A stretch of 25,534 nt of DNA from a virus (lineage: Duplodnaviria; Caudoviricetes), in the IMG/VR virus record IMGVR_UViG_3300011339_000787, positions 1 through 25,534 of that record; one strand, written 5' to 3'. The notes below the pieces were generated by a model. It saw only the letters and a program-made list of their open reading frames with translations, was not told where the DNA came from and did no database searches. Of this stretch, positions 14,301-23,273 are shown in pieces. How positions within the stretch are numbered: the first letter of the stretch is position 1; each line of letters begins with the position of its first letter. A program made the translations under genes and the position numbers.

Positions 14301-15605
14301 CTAGTAAGTGATTGTGATGGAAGCGTTTCCTGCGCCTTCTGAAATTACGATTGCCACGTTGCTGCCAGCGTACGCGGAAAAGTTTGCTGCGCCGTTGAAA
14401 GATTGCCCTGCGGTGCCTGCGGTGCCTGCGGTGCCTGTGCCACCTGCTCCGGGAGTTCCGGGCACACCTACGTCGTTTGAAGTTCCGCTGCTGCCGCCGC
14501 CGCCGCCGCCGCCGCACCGATCATATCCGCCGCCGCCGCCACCGCCCCCTCCTGTAAACTGTGCGAAGCCGCCATCTGCGCCAGCTCCTCCATTTAAGTC
14601 TCCAGCGCCACCAATTCCTTGTATGCCTGGCCCGCCATTTGTTCCGGGAACAGCATTGCCTCCACCTGCTGCTCCACCAAATGCCTCACCAAGCCCGCCT
14701 TGTCCACCTGCTCCCGCAGTTACTCCACTGCCAGTGGCGCCAGCAGCCCCCTGAGAACTTGGCGCACCTCCACCGCCACTGCCGCCGCCACCGAAACCTT
14801 TTAAGCCTTTTGTTCCACCGATGCCACCAAGCAAAGACAGTGAAATGGCTGCAAGCGTGAGGTTTTTGCCTGCGTTACCATCAACGCCATCAACGCCATC
14901 GGCTCCATTTGCTCCGGTCGTAGGAGAAACCCATGATTGCGTGTCGTTGTCAAAATAAGCATTTGCTCCAACGCTCCCCGTTGCGCCATTTGTACCGTCT
15001 GTGCCGGTGCCGCCATCCCCTGCGGTTGCCTGCACAAGTGCGTAACGCACCGATGCGGGCACACTCCAAAGGTAAGTACCTGGCGCGTCAAACGTCACAC
15101 TGCCACCGCCACCTTGCGGCTCCCACTTGGACGTAGTCGCGTTCCATCCTAGCACCTGCCCGCCTGTTGGTGCCGTTGCCGCCACGTCGCGCCCCTGAAT
15201 CTTAATGGCATTACCGTCTCCACCACCGCCAGAGCCCGCCACAATCGCGCGGATGCTGATAAGCTCACCGGCCACCGGAGCCTCCACAAAGGTCAGCGTG
15301 CCGCCTGCGGTGTCGGTCACTGAGTACTTACTAGGCGGCTGGTCAATGCCTCCAACGCTCACTAGGTAGCCGCCGTCTGCGGTGCCGTTGTAGCCGGAAA
15401 ACGTAAAGGCCGTGGTGGTGCCGTCGCCGAGATGCTCGGTCACCGTCGTGCCCGCTGCCACGGGCCCATTGAGCAGCGTCACGCCACCGTCGGCGCCAAG
15501 GAAAAGCTCACTCGTCAGGGTGTTAACGGCAAGCTCTCCGAGATTTAGCGAGGACGGATTACCCGTCGCCCCGCTCCTCTTTTTGGGGATGATCGGGAAG
15601 GCCAT
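14301..15605 (-). CDS. Tail fibre with a glycine-rich domain (434 aa)
   Basis: LNLGELAVN N-terminus, GDGTTTAF...VSVGGIDQ beta domain, GQVLGWN adaptor motif, Gly-rich C-terminus. Confidence 0.8.
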   Translation of the reverse strand: MAFPIIPKKRSGATGNPSSLNLGELAVNTLTSELFLGADGGVTLLNGPVAAGTTVTEHLGDGTTTAFTFSGYNGTADGGYLVSVGGIDQPPSKYSVTDTAGGTLTFVEAPVAGELISIRAIVAGSGGGGDGNAIKIQGRDVAATAPTGGQVLGWNATTSKWEPQGGGGSVTFDAPGTYLWSVPASVRYALVQATAGDGGTGTDGTNGATGSVGANAYFDNDTQSWVSPTTGANGADGVDGVDGNAGKNLTLAAISLSLLGGIGGTKGLKGFGGGGSGGGGAPSSQGAAGATGSGVTAGAGGQGGLGEAFGGAAGGGNAVPGTNGGPGIQGIGGAGDLNGGAGADGGFAQFTGGGGGGGGGYDRCGGGGGGGSSGTSNDVGVPGTPGAGGTGTAGTAGTAGQSFNGAANFSAYAGSNVAIVISEGAGNASITITY

Positions 15606-15608
15606 AGT

Positions 15609-16550
15609 TTAGTAAGTTCCAGCAGATGCGACTGTTGCGGTGCCGTCACCTGCAATCTCAATGGATGCCGAGGACTTCACACCGCCGACTACGGTGGAGG
15701 TGCCAGGAATCACCTTGGCCGCACCAGCGCCAGAGATGAACAGACCGTTGCTTGCGGCGGAGTCAATGCTCAGAACCCCAAGCTGGGCAGTCGTGGCGAT
15801 CTGTAGCTGGGCGGTTGCGATCTGCCCGCTGGCGTTGAGTTGCGGGACTTTGCCAGCCTCCGCAAGCTGCGTGATTTGATCAGTGCTAAGTGCGCCCACG
15901 TTGGCCGCTGTCAGCACTACGTTGCCCGCTGCTGTTGGGGAAATGTCGTTGACGCTGCGCACTTCGGATTTGGCTCCGTCGATAAAGTCCCAGGTGCTGC
16001 CGTTAAAGGCAATCACGTCGCCCGCTTGCACGTACGTCTGCCCGTTAATCGCTGGGCTGAGTGCCGCGCTATTTGCCGCAACGTAGTAATCGCCTTTGTC
16101 AGCAGTGCCACCGCCAACAACGCCATTGGATGCAATCACCGGCGAACTGTTGACCGTCCACGCGCCCTTGTAGGTAAGTGCCCCAACAGATGCCGGAGGA
16201 AGCTGTGCGCTCGAGATCTTGCCATCCACGCCCAACTGCGGGACCAGTCCGGCAATGGCTGCGGTAGTCAGCGCCGGAATAAACTGTGATGTGGTCAGCC
16301 CCACAATCTGGTTGGTCGAGATTAGCCCAGAACCCGTAAGTTGTGGGACGCCGTTAGGTGTCGCCAGCACGGTCAGCTGTGAGGTCTGCACTGCGCCGCC
16401 ACCGATCTCCACCACTCCACTGTTGGCCTTGGCGTAGAGTTTGCCGCTGGCGGTATTGATAGCCAACTCGCCCAACTGGAGCGCGCCGGAAAGCGGTGCG
16501 ATTTCGGAGGTCGCAACAGCGTTGCGGATAGGGATGATTGGGAATGCCAT
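15609..16550 (-). CDS. Tail fibre protein (313 aa)
   Basis: LQLGELAINT N-terminus; repeated VPQL..G.I...Q motifs; YKGAW...GDYY domain; VRSVN...GNVVL fibre motif. Confidence 0.75.
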   Translation of the reverse strand: MAFPIIPIRNAVATSEIAPLSGALQLGELAINTASGKLYAKANSGVVEIGGGAVQTSQLTVLATPNGVPQLTGSGLISTNQIVGLTTSQFIPALTTAAIAGLVPQLGVDGKISSAQLPPASVGALTYKGAWTVNSSPVIASNGVVGGGTADKGDYYVAANSAALSPAINGQTYVQAGDVIAFNGSTWDFIDGAKSEVRSVNDISPTAAGNVVLTAANVGALSTDQITQLAEAGKVPQLNASGQIATAQLQIATTAQLGVLSIDSAASNGLFISGAGAAKVIPGTSTVVGGVKSSASIEIAGDGTATVASAGTY

Positions 16551-16559
16551 AGGATGAGT

Positions 16560-16841
16560 TTAGTAAGTGCCTGCGGTGTACGTTGATGGCACCCACTCGG
16601 TGCCGTTAAATTGAAAAACTTGGTTGGCTGTCGGATCCGTGGTGGACACTGGTTGGCCTTGAATGCCGATAACAGTTGCCACGGTGTCAGTCTCGCCAGC
16701 CACCAGCGAAAGGTCCCCAGAGACACTGGTCAGTGCACCAGGAGGGCCCTGTGGCCCTGCTGGGCCTGCTGGGCCTTGGAGCCCTGGCACACCAGTAAGG
16801 AGAGTGACGACCAAAGGGCCGCAAGAGTTGTCGCAGCTCAT
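16560..16841 (-). CDS. Small collagen-repeat fibre adaptor (93 aa)
   Basis: Seven consecutive G-X-Y triplets (GVPGLQGPAGPAGPQGPPGAL) and a QVFQFNGTEWVP motif. Confidence 0.75.
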   Translation of the reverse strand: MSCDNSCGPLVVTLLTGVPGLQGPAGPAGPQGPPGALTSVSGDLSLVAGETDTVATVIGIQGQPVSTTDPTANQVFQFNGTEWVPSTYTAGTY

Positions 16842-16842
16842 G

Positions 16843-17163
16843 TCAGGAAATAGTTACGCGGGCCTCGATAAGGCGAATGTCCCAGCCGTCCGGGCGCTGG
16901 ACGTTGATGGTTAGCACCGCCCCAAACTGAGCCGATAGCAGCGCGGTCTGCGTGTTGGTGAGCCGCAGTGCCACCGTCTCGGGCGTGGGCCGCACAATGC
17001 TGGGGGTCGTCAATGCCACACCGGCAGCGGTTTTGAGGGTCACGCCGACGAACCAAGCCGTCAGGTCGGAATACATCGAGCAGGGACCGTCTTCCTGAAG
17101 CTGGAAAGAAAAATCCCAGTCCGTCCCGCGCTGGATAGTTGAAGATGTTTGGACGGCGACCAT
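16843..17163 (-). CDS. Baseplate/fibre-attachment protein (BppU N-terminal-like, 106 aa)
   Basis: TIQRGTDWDFSF...LRLTNTQTA...RLIEARVTI beta-sandwich pattern; immediately precedes the fibre genes. Confidence 0.55.
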   Translation of the reverse strand: MVAVQTSSTIQRGTDWDFSFQLQEDGPCSMYSDLTAWFVGVTLKTAAGVALTTPSIVRPTPETVALRLTNTQTALLSAQFGAVLTINVQRPDGWDIRLIEARVTIS

Positions 17164-17396
17164 TACAATTTAGAGGGTCGGGACAAGTAATTTTGCGCGC
17201 TGTCACAGCAGCCGCTCACTGGTTGCGCGCCCTCTGGCCACGCCTTGGCAGCGATCTCATCGGCACGGCTGGCGAGCTTATTAAGCGGGCATGTCGGCGC
17301 CTCGCTGAGAATTTGGAACCGTGCCACGCAGCCGGTCCGCTGGTAGCAGCTTAGGCAGATGGCGGTCCTTTTGTCGACTAACCAGCGCGGGATCAT
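17163..17396 (-). CDS. Small Cys-rich protein (77 aa)
   Basis: RTAICLSC...C...TCPLNK...GCC; ATGA-coupled start at 17396. Confidence 0.65.
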   Translation of the reverse strand: MIPRWLVDKRTAICLSCYQRTGCVARFQILSEAPTCPLNKLASRADEIAAKAWPEGAQPVSGCCDSAQNYLSRPSKL

Positions 17397-17980
17397 GTGA
17401 TTTGAAAATTGACCTGCAGCGACGCAGTTAGAAAGCCGTTTTCCGAAACGCCCGATTGATTGTCCTTGAGCCACACAAATGCGACCTCCGATGGCGATGG
17501 TGCGCCCGGTGTGCCCTCACCCAGGCCAACCCGCAACACTGGCTCGGCCAGCCCGTCAATTTGGGCGCGAAATGATTTGGAATAAGGATCATTTTCCCAA
17601 TCGGGGTAGGGGTTCAGTGGCAACAAAGTTGTACGCACATCGTAATTATCGGGCACGTACTTAAAGTAGATTCCCACCTCAGACTCAAAGGTCTGTCCAT
17701 CATTGGTCGTTGTGGTCAGCGTGATTGTGTTGCGCTGTTGCAGGCTGCCTACAATCTGAGCGCGACCCTCGCAAAGATTGTCGCCTCTCAAAATGTAGTC
17801 ATCGGTCGAGGTCAACGGGTTACCCACGCATTGTAGTTCTCGGTGCGTCCATCCCGTGTACAACGGGCCGTGCGTAATCACTCCAGATCCACTGGTCGTA
17901 GATGTCTCGTCACTCTCACTGTAACTCACTGTTACAGCCACACTTCCCGTAATTTTCTTGCGCCACTCGTAGCAGTTCAT
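17393..17980 (-). CDS. Putative tail-tip protein (195 aa)
   Basis: Beta-rich composition; ATGA-coupled start at 17980; position in the tail module. Confidence 0.6.
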   Translation of the reverse strand: MNCYEWRKKITGSVAVTVSYSESDETSTTSGSGVITHGPLYTGWTHRELQCVGNPLTSTDDYILRGDNLCEGRAQIVGSLQQRNTITLTTTTNDGQTFESEVGIYFKYVPDNYDVRTTLLPLNPYPDWENDPYSKSFRAQIDGLAEPVLRVGLGEGTPGAPSPSEVAFVWLKDNQSGVSENGFLTASLQVNFQIT

Positions 17981-19302
17981 TCGGTCCAGGCAAGGGTGCA
18001 AGGATTAGGCACTGGCTCTGTGCACACGTTAGTGATCTGCGTAATGGCCTTGGGATCACCAGCGGTGATCACTGTCGCAATCAAAATGTAGACCTCGCTG
18101 GCTGTGTTAGGCAGCAGCGCGTCGGACGCCAAAATAGTGATGGCAGTGTTGTCTGGGTCGATCTGTAGCGTGGTCGTGTTGTACAGAATTTTGGCGTAGA
18201 TGTATGAGTTTTTGCTTATGTCCAGTTTGAAGGCGCCAAACCCTAAACCCATGCCGTTGGGCCATCTACCAGCAATTTGATTCTGCGCGACCTCCACTTT
18301 CATTACGGTCCCCTCGCTGGCGTCAGTCACTTTAAAAAACCGGCAAGGCGCAATACCGCCCGCCACAAACGGCACGGCGCAAGTGTTTAGCACCCAATCA
18401 ACGTAGCGGCTGGAGTCCGCTCGATAGCCAACGCTAAACTCTGCCAGCTTGAAATAAACGTAGGTGTCGGTGCTGGCCTCGTACTGGGTGTCCGTAAAAA
18501 TTGTGATGTTGCCGGGGTCGGTCTGAATAATCCCGTTATCCACAACCATCCCACAGTAAACGACATACCAATCTTGATCTTCTGACACCACCAGCGAAAA
18601 GGTGTCTGTCAGAGTCATGTCAGTTGGCAGCGTGTTGTCCACCAGCCCACTGCGCACGGTGATGCGGCAGACTCCATCCCTGCTGTCGTCCTCAACCAAA
18701 AACGGGCAAGTCGGGACTGGCCGCTGATTTACAAGCGGACACAGGTTTGTGATTTTAAAAATGTACGGCTTGTTTTCTTTGTCGTTCCTTTTTTCAATGA
18801 TTGCCGCAGGAAACTTTTGGTACGTCGAGTTACCGTAAGAAAGAAACGCCTCGTTGCTGACGGTTATGGATGTCGCGTCAGGCAAGATTTCGCCGTACTG
18901 ATCTGTGAGAAGGTTGATGTAAATATACTCAATGCCAGCCTCTTGAGTAATCTCCATTACGTAATTGGGCGCGCCAGAATCGCCACTCATCCCCTGCGGA
19001 TAACGTCCCTTTGGCACTGCCTCACTGATCGTGCTCAGGATGGGGTTTTGCGAAACCATTACCTTCAGCGTCAACACTTCGCCATTAAGTTCCGACACGT
19101 CGCTCACTCGGAATTGGCATTCATTTTCACCGCCGCCTCCACCCCGAACCTGCGGGCTCACCGTAATAGTAGTGCCACCAGGCGTCCGCGAAAACGTGCC
19201 GCCAATTACGGAAGTGACTGCTGCGGAACGAATGGCGTTGCTGAGTTTATTAAGCTCGGTGGAGCTTAGTTCAAACCCGCGCCGAAAGTTTGGGATGTCC
19301 AT
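17977..19302 (-). CDS. Tail-tip/baseplate protein with three tandem internal domains (441 aa)
   Basis: N-terminal FRRG..LS...LN anchor, Gly linker, then three repeats starting C.F.V.D.S; second gene after the tape measure. Confidence 0.65.
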   Translation of the reverse strand: MDIPNFRRGFELSSTELNKLSNAIRSAAVTSVIGGTFSRTPGGTTITVSPQVRGGGGGENECQFRVSDVSELNGEVLTLKVMVSQNPILSTISEAVPKGRYPQGMSGDSGAPNYVMEITQEAGIEYIYINLLTDQYGEILPDATSITVSNEAFLSYGNSTYQKFPAAIIEKRNDKENKPYIFKITNLCPLVNQRPVPTCPFLVEDDSRDGVCRITVRSGLVDNTLPTDMTLTDTFSLVVSEDQDWYVVYCGMVVDNGIIQTDPGNITIFTDTQYEASTDTYVYFKLAEFSVGYRADSSRYVDWVLNTCAVPFVAGGIAPCRFFKVTDASEGTVMKVEVAQNQIAGRWPNGMGLGFGAFKLDISKNSYIYAKILYNTTTLQIDPDNTAITILASDALLPNTASEVYILIATVITAGDPKAITQITNVCTEPVPNPCTLAWTE

Positions 19303-19303
19303 G

Positions 19304-19915
19304 CTAAGTGTAAAGGACGTTCTCCCAATTGCTTCCGCGCGCGCTGCTAAGGTACTCGGTCGTTACCCGCCACTTGCTGCCCTCCTGCTGCGCACTGAGT
19401 CCCGTCATAATAAAATTCACCTGACCTGTATTTCCGCCGTAGCCCGGATCGGCAATGATGCCAACCGACGCGGTGCTAGGGTAGCCGTCTTCTAGCGTCG
19501 TGTGCTTGATGACCGTGCGAGGCGCCAAGTAGGTAGTAATGCCTTTGGTCCACAATAGATACAGAGTGGAAAACACTTCTCCGGTTTCGTCCGCAGGCGT
19601 CCACCCGTTAAGGTCTGGATTGTTCGGACTCTGTTTCCAGATGGACCAGTCCTGTTTATTTTTGGTCGTCAACGCGTTAAAATAAGGATGCGACTCAACC
19701 GGCTCCTGCGTGGTCGAGACATCAATCGAATAGACCGCAGGCATGTCTGCGTCAAAAAACTCTTCCACCGTTGTCACCACCCCATCGGCTTGTGTAACGC
19801 GGTATGATCGGCAATTGGGGTCTGGATCCTCCCAAGCAAAAGCCTGTTTCGTGACCGTGTAAGTGATTAGACCCGTTGGGTCTTTGCTGGCTTCAACTTG
19901 CGTTTCGGTTGCCAT
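19304..19915 (-). CDS. Putative distal tail/hub protein (203 aa)
   Basis: Directly after the tape measure; beta-rich with an EPVESHPYF motif. Function inferred from synteny. Confidence 0.55.
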   Translation of the reverse strand: MATETQVEASKDPTGLITYTVTKQAFAWEDPDPNCRSYRVTQADGVVTTVEEFFDADMPAVYSIDVSTTQEPVESHPYFNALTTKNKQDWSIWKQSPNNPDLNGWTPADETGEVFSTLYLLWTKGITTYLAPRTVIKHTTLEDGYPSTASVGIIADPGYGGNTGQVNFIMTGLSAQQEGSKWRVTTEYLSSARGSNWENVLYT

Positions 19916-19919
19916 AAAA

Positions 19920-21209
19920 TTAAGCAGTGAGAATCATGCTGCCGCTGACGTTGGGAGAGATTTGGTAGCTTTGTCCGCCTTCTTTTACAGTTTGGATCAG
20001 GTCTTTGATGTAGTCGCGGATGTCCTCCTGAATTCGCACGGACTGGTATGCTGGCGAGTTGTCTTGTCCCCCTGACAAAAGAGCAGAACCGCCCCCGACC
20101 TTTTGCAGGCTGGATATGTCTGCCATTGCAAGCGGGCCACGGCCTCCAGTTTCTAACTTTTGCAAATATCCTGCGCCTGATTCTCCAACTTCTGGCGTTG
20201 CGTATTTCTTGCGAGCCTCTGCCCGCTTCTTTTCGATGTCCTGGCGGATCTGATCAAAAATGCTTGTGGTCGGCTGCGGTTTTTCGGCAGCCACAACAGC
20301 CGCGCTTAATGCTGTGCCTCCCCCGCCCATTCCCATGCCGCCCATTCCCATAAATGCTTGGCCTCCATAGGTTCCCTGAGTTTGGCTAAGTTTTTCGGAA
20401 GCCTTAACTGCTGGCTCTATTGCTTTAAGTGTGCGCTCCAAAAGTTCAAGCGCCACAGCAATGCCATCACCTAGGCTTTCCCCAATGTGCGTGAGGTCAA
20501 TCTTGTTTAGTTCGTCAATGAGCCCAGTAAACTGCGGCATCACTTGAGCCGCCATGCCCACAAACAAACCGCGCACCTTGCTGCCAGCAGTTCCCAAGAC
20601 ATCCGATGCGCGATCAAAGACTCCAGCGTTTTCAAGCATCACCTTGGCCTGCGCGCCTAAATTCTCCTCAACATCAGCCAGCCCTCCTGCGGCAAAGACT
20701 GACAACAACTTTGCGCCGCTTTTCCCGAAAACTTCCATTGCCATGGCAGACCGCTGCGCCGGGTTCTGGATTTTAGAAATCGCCTCGCCAACCTTGGCTA
20801 GTTGCTCGTCGGCGCTCAGTCCTTGAATGTCTTCAATCTGCACGCCCATTTGTGCAAATTTCAAAGCAGCCTCTGCGCTTCCGCTGGCTGCTTCGGCAAT
20901 GTTCTTTTGCAGCTTTGCCAGCACCGGCTGCACGTCTCCGGCACTCATTCCCGCTTGGTCGAAAGCCATCTGCAAAACCATCAGCTTGTCGATGGCGACT
21001 CCCGTCTGCCCGGAAAGGTCCACCAGTGCTCCTCCGGCTTCCATGGCAGAATAAAATCCCTTTGCGGCTGCGGTAAGTGCACTAAATACAGCAGCCCCTC
21101 CAACCACTCGCTGAATCATTGAACCCAACCCAGCCATCGAATTTTGAGCACGGTTGATGCCACTGACAAACCCGCTGGTGTCTGCGCCGATTTGGATTGT
21201 GTTCGCCAT
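19920..21209 (-). CDS. Tape measure protein (429 aa)
   Basis: IGADTSGF N-terminus; Ala/Gly-rich helical; LSGQTG...L and AMEVFGKSGAKLL are common TMP motifs. Confidence 0.85.
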   Translation of the reverse strand: MANTIQIGADTSGFVSGINRAQNSMAGLGSMIQRVVGGAAVFSALTAAAKGFYSAMEAGGALVDLSGQTGVAIDKLMVLQMAFDQAGMSAGDVQPVLAKLQKNIAEAASGSAEAALKFAQMGVQIEDIQGLSADEQLAKVGEAISKIQNPAQRSAMAMEVFGKSGAKLLSVFAAGGLADVEENLGAQAKVMLENAGVFDRASDVLGTAGSKVRGLFVGMAAQVMPQFTGLIDELNKIDLTHIGESLGDGIAVALELLERTLKAIEPAVKASEKLSQTQGTYGGQAFMGMGGMGMGGGGTALSAAVVAAEKPQPTTSIFDQIRQDIEKKRAEARKKYATPEVGESGAGYLQKLETGGRGPLAMADISSLQKVGGGSALLSGGQDNSPAYQSVRIQEDIRDYIKDLIQTVKEGGQSYQISPNVSGSMILTA

Positions 21210-21214
21210 AATTT

Positions 21215-21967
21215 TTAACGGGAAAAAACGTCACTGCGCCGAATTGCCCTAGCCGAAATGCCAGAGATCAACCGGCGCCTCATTGCCTCGGCTTGGATGT
21301 CGTAAGCCTGCTGGAGCGCCCGCTGAATGGTTGATGAGTCAGTGTGCCGGTTTGGGTTTCTGGCTCGAAATGCCACGATGTTTCCGCTCACGCGGAGATT
21401 TACCGTGCCAGAGTTTTTGCTTTGCAGCCTTCCCACCCAATCAGGAAATGGGACCCTAAGTCGAGTGGCGGCCTTGCACCACCCTGCGGCAGTGACGCCA
21501 ATCGTACGCTCCAACAGTGCTTCGACTTGTGCGCGTTTTGCTACGGTGGTGAAATGCTTGGGAGCATTGTCTGGGTAACGCTTGTCTGGCTTTTGATGCT
21601 CCTTGATAAACTGCACCAGTGCTGTGGGAGCGGCTTCCATTTCCCGAGAGACAACCTCAAGTTGCGAGCGGCGTGCGGCATTCCTAGCCCTGTCCAGTTG
21701 CCTTGCAATGGTTGCCTCGTTGCGAATCACAAGCGCCTTGCGGAGTGAGTTTCTAATTGCCTTTTTGGACGCACGAAACCCTTTTGCAAAAGACCGCCCA
21801 GCCATTGGTGGGGTGTATTTAAAAGCGTTTCGCACGAGCCCACGAGCCTGCTCCTCCACCACTTCCTGCGTGGTTCTGCGGGTTACAGCAATCGACCGTT
21901 GCAGGTATCGGTTAAACCGAACACCAAACTCGCCTGCATTGGTTGTGACTCGGATGGCGTCACTCAT
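21215..21967 (-). CDS. Basic neck/tail-completion protein (possibly HK97 gp10-like, 250 aa)
   Basis: Very Arg-rich; N-terminal helix ending in KYTPP followed later by GW, as in this class. Family call is inference. Confidence 0.5.
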   Translation of the reverse strand: MSDAIRVTTNAGEFGVRFNRYLQRSIAVTRRTTQEVVEEQARGLVRNAFKYTPPMAGRSFAKGFRASKKAIRNSLRKALVIRNEATIARQLDRARNAARRSQLEVVSREMEAAPTALVQFIKEHQKPDKRYPDNAPKHFTTVAKRAQVEALLERTIGVTAAGWCKAATRLRVPFPDWVGRLQSKNSGTVNLRVSGNIVAFRARNPNRHTDSSTIQRALQQAYDIQAEAMRRRLISGISARAIRRSDVFSR

Positions 21968-22181
21968 CGTCCTCGTCCTCCTCCTGTTGGCGGGTCACAA
22001 ACAGGCTTTCCAATGCCACTTCCTTGCGACGCACGGTCCACGCACCATTGCCCCAGATCACGGCGTGGTAAAGCCGCATAAGCTGCGCCAACGGGACCCG
22101 GCGTTGTAAGTGGTCTTGTGTCCATCCTGTTTCTCGCGCCAGAACCAAGAGGAACGATTCCTCCCAGCCTGGCGCCGTTAG
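21960..22181 (-). CDS. Tail assembly chaperone GT extension (-1 frame; fusion about 188 aa)
   Basis: The -1 frame is open from the slippery site: LTAPGWEESFLLVLARETGWTQD...; no ATG at its 5' end. Confidence 0.8.
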   Translation of the reverse strand, partial: LTAPGWEESFLLVLARETGWTQDHLQRRVPLAQLMRLYHAVIWGNGAWTVRRKEVALESLFVTRQQEEDEDDE

Positions 22182-22187
22182 TTTTTT
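22136..22187 (-). other. Programmed -1 frameshift signal: A AAA AAC plus a 3' hairpin
   Basis: In-frame heptamer at 22187-22181 directly before TAA; 5-nt spacer; hairpin 22175-22136 of about 18 bp including G-U pairs. Confidence 0.85.
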
Positions 22188-22525
22188 GGCGCGTCCTCCC
22201 GTGTCTTGCCGGGCTGTGGCAGAACGTCCACGCGGCCCGATTCTACGGCTTCAGCTTGTGCTTGGCACCATTCAGCCACCGGCTTTGCCAACGCCAGCGG
22301 AAACGCCCGCGTAAAGGCTTTGATGTCAGCAAGCGCGGTGCCGTCGCTGATTGCCTGCTCTACCTCTTCCGGTTCGCGGCTTTGCAGCCAAGCGCATGCG
22401 ATTACTTGCTTCTGGTCGGAAAGTTTTGCCAACTCCAGTTCGGAGATGGCGAGTTGCGTTGTCATTGTCCAGGGACGCAATTCAAGCGGCCCGACCTGCG
22501 TGGTTTTGAGAAAAAACGGGTTCAT
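22178..22525 (-). CDS. Tail assembly chaperone G (115 aa)
   Basis: Ends ...DAPKN at the slippery site; lies between tube-like genes and the TMP; ATGA-coupled start at 22525. Confidence 0.8.
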   Translation of the reverse strand: MNPFFLKTTQVGPLELRPWTMTTQLAISELELAKLSDQKQVIACAWLQSREPEEVEQAISDGTALADIKAFTRAFPLALAKPVAEWCQAQAEAVESGRVDVLPQPGKTREDAPKN

Positions 22526-22947
22526 GCGAAGCGCGCTTGAAATTCGTTTTTGAGCCACTCTGGCGAGTCAGGGTAGACCACCCCAAAGCTGCGGGCGTCT
22601 CCGCGTGAGATCCCAACGGCGGCAGATCTGGCAAACCGTTTTAGGTCCCGTGCGTTGTCACGGTAGCCGCGCATCCACGCGATGTCGCTATCAGAGTTTG
22701 CCTTGCACCACTCGATGCTTTCAAATCGTTTGCGAAACTCATCAAAATCAATGTCCTCGCCGTCAACCTTGGCGAGCACATCGCAGTTCACGATCCAGCG
22801 GACGTGTGCTTTTCCAGCCTCGTCCACGAAGTGCTGGAACCCACCACGTTTGATGAGAGCACCGCCTGAGGTTAACCAGGCGGCAATGATGTCAGTGTTG
22901 AAGCTCTTGCCGGGAGCTTCGGAATCCTCAAGTAATCGGAGGCGCAT
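22522..22947 (-). CDS. Hypothetical protein in the tail module (141 aa)
   Basis: Operon tiling; no recognised motif. Confidence 0.7.
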   Translation of the reverse strand: MRLRLLEDSEAPGKSFNTDIIAAWLTSGGALIKRGGFQHFVDEAGKAHVRWIVNCDVLAKVDGEDIDFDEFRKRFESIEWCKANSDSDIAWMRGYRDNARDLKRFARSAAVGISRGDARSFGVVYPDSPEWLKNEFQARFA

Positions 22948-22957
22948 AAGTTAATTG

Positions 22958-23272
22958 CTAGGAGGCGTTTTTGTAAACTGTCGCGGATGCGGACCATCCA
23001 CGGAAATCGTCGTTTTTGGAATCCAGCGTGACGTTGGTCCAGATGCCTTTGCCGCTTGTTACGCCAGGCATGCCGGAAGATGAACCGGCAGCAAAAGGAC
23101 ATGTGTCGCCTTTGCCTTTGACGCTCACGGAATAGGTCACATCAAACGTCTTAGCTTCAGAATGCGTGCCGGTGCTGCTGATAAGCTGTTTGAATTCTGC
23201 CTTTTGCTCTACGTCTGCGGATTCAATGATTGATCCAGACGCGCTGATGATGGAAATGCCAAAGGTAGCCAT
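22958..23272 (-). CDS. Small tail tube-like protein 2 (104 aa)
   Basis: Start reassigned to ATG 23272 (MATFG); Ser/Thr/Gly-rich beta pattern; paralog of 23274-23573. Confidence 0.6.
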   Translation of the reverse strand: MATFGISIISASGSIIESADVEQKAEFKQLISSTGTHSEAKTFDVTYSVSVKGKGDTCPFAAGSSSGMPGVTSGKGIWTNVTLDSKNDDFRGWSASATVYKNAS

Positions 23273-23273
23273 A

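Noticed and set aside
14408-14550. (GCC)n and TGCGGTGCC tandem repeats
   Set aside because: In-frame poly-Gly and GTA codon repeats of the Gly-rich fibre; triplet multiples give no phase-variation signal.
12629-16550. Diversity-generating retroelement targeting the fibres
   Set aside because: No reverse transcriptase and no template/variable repeat pair differing at adenines was seen.
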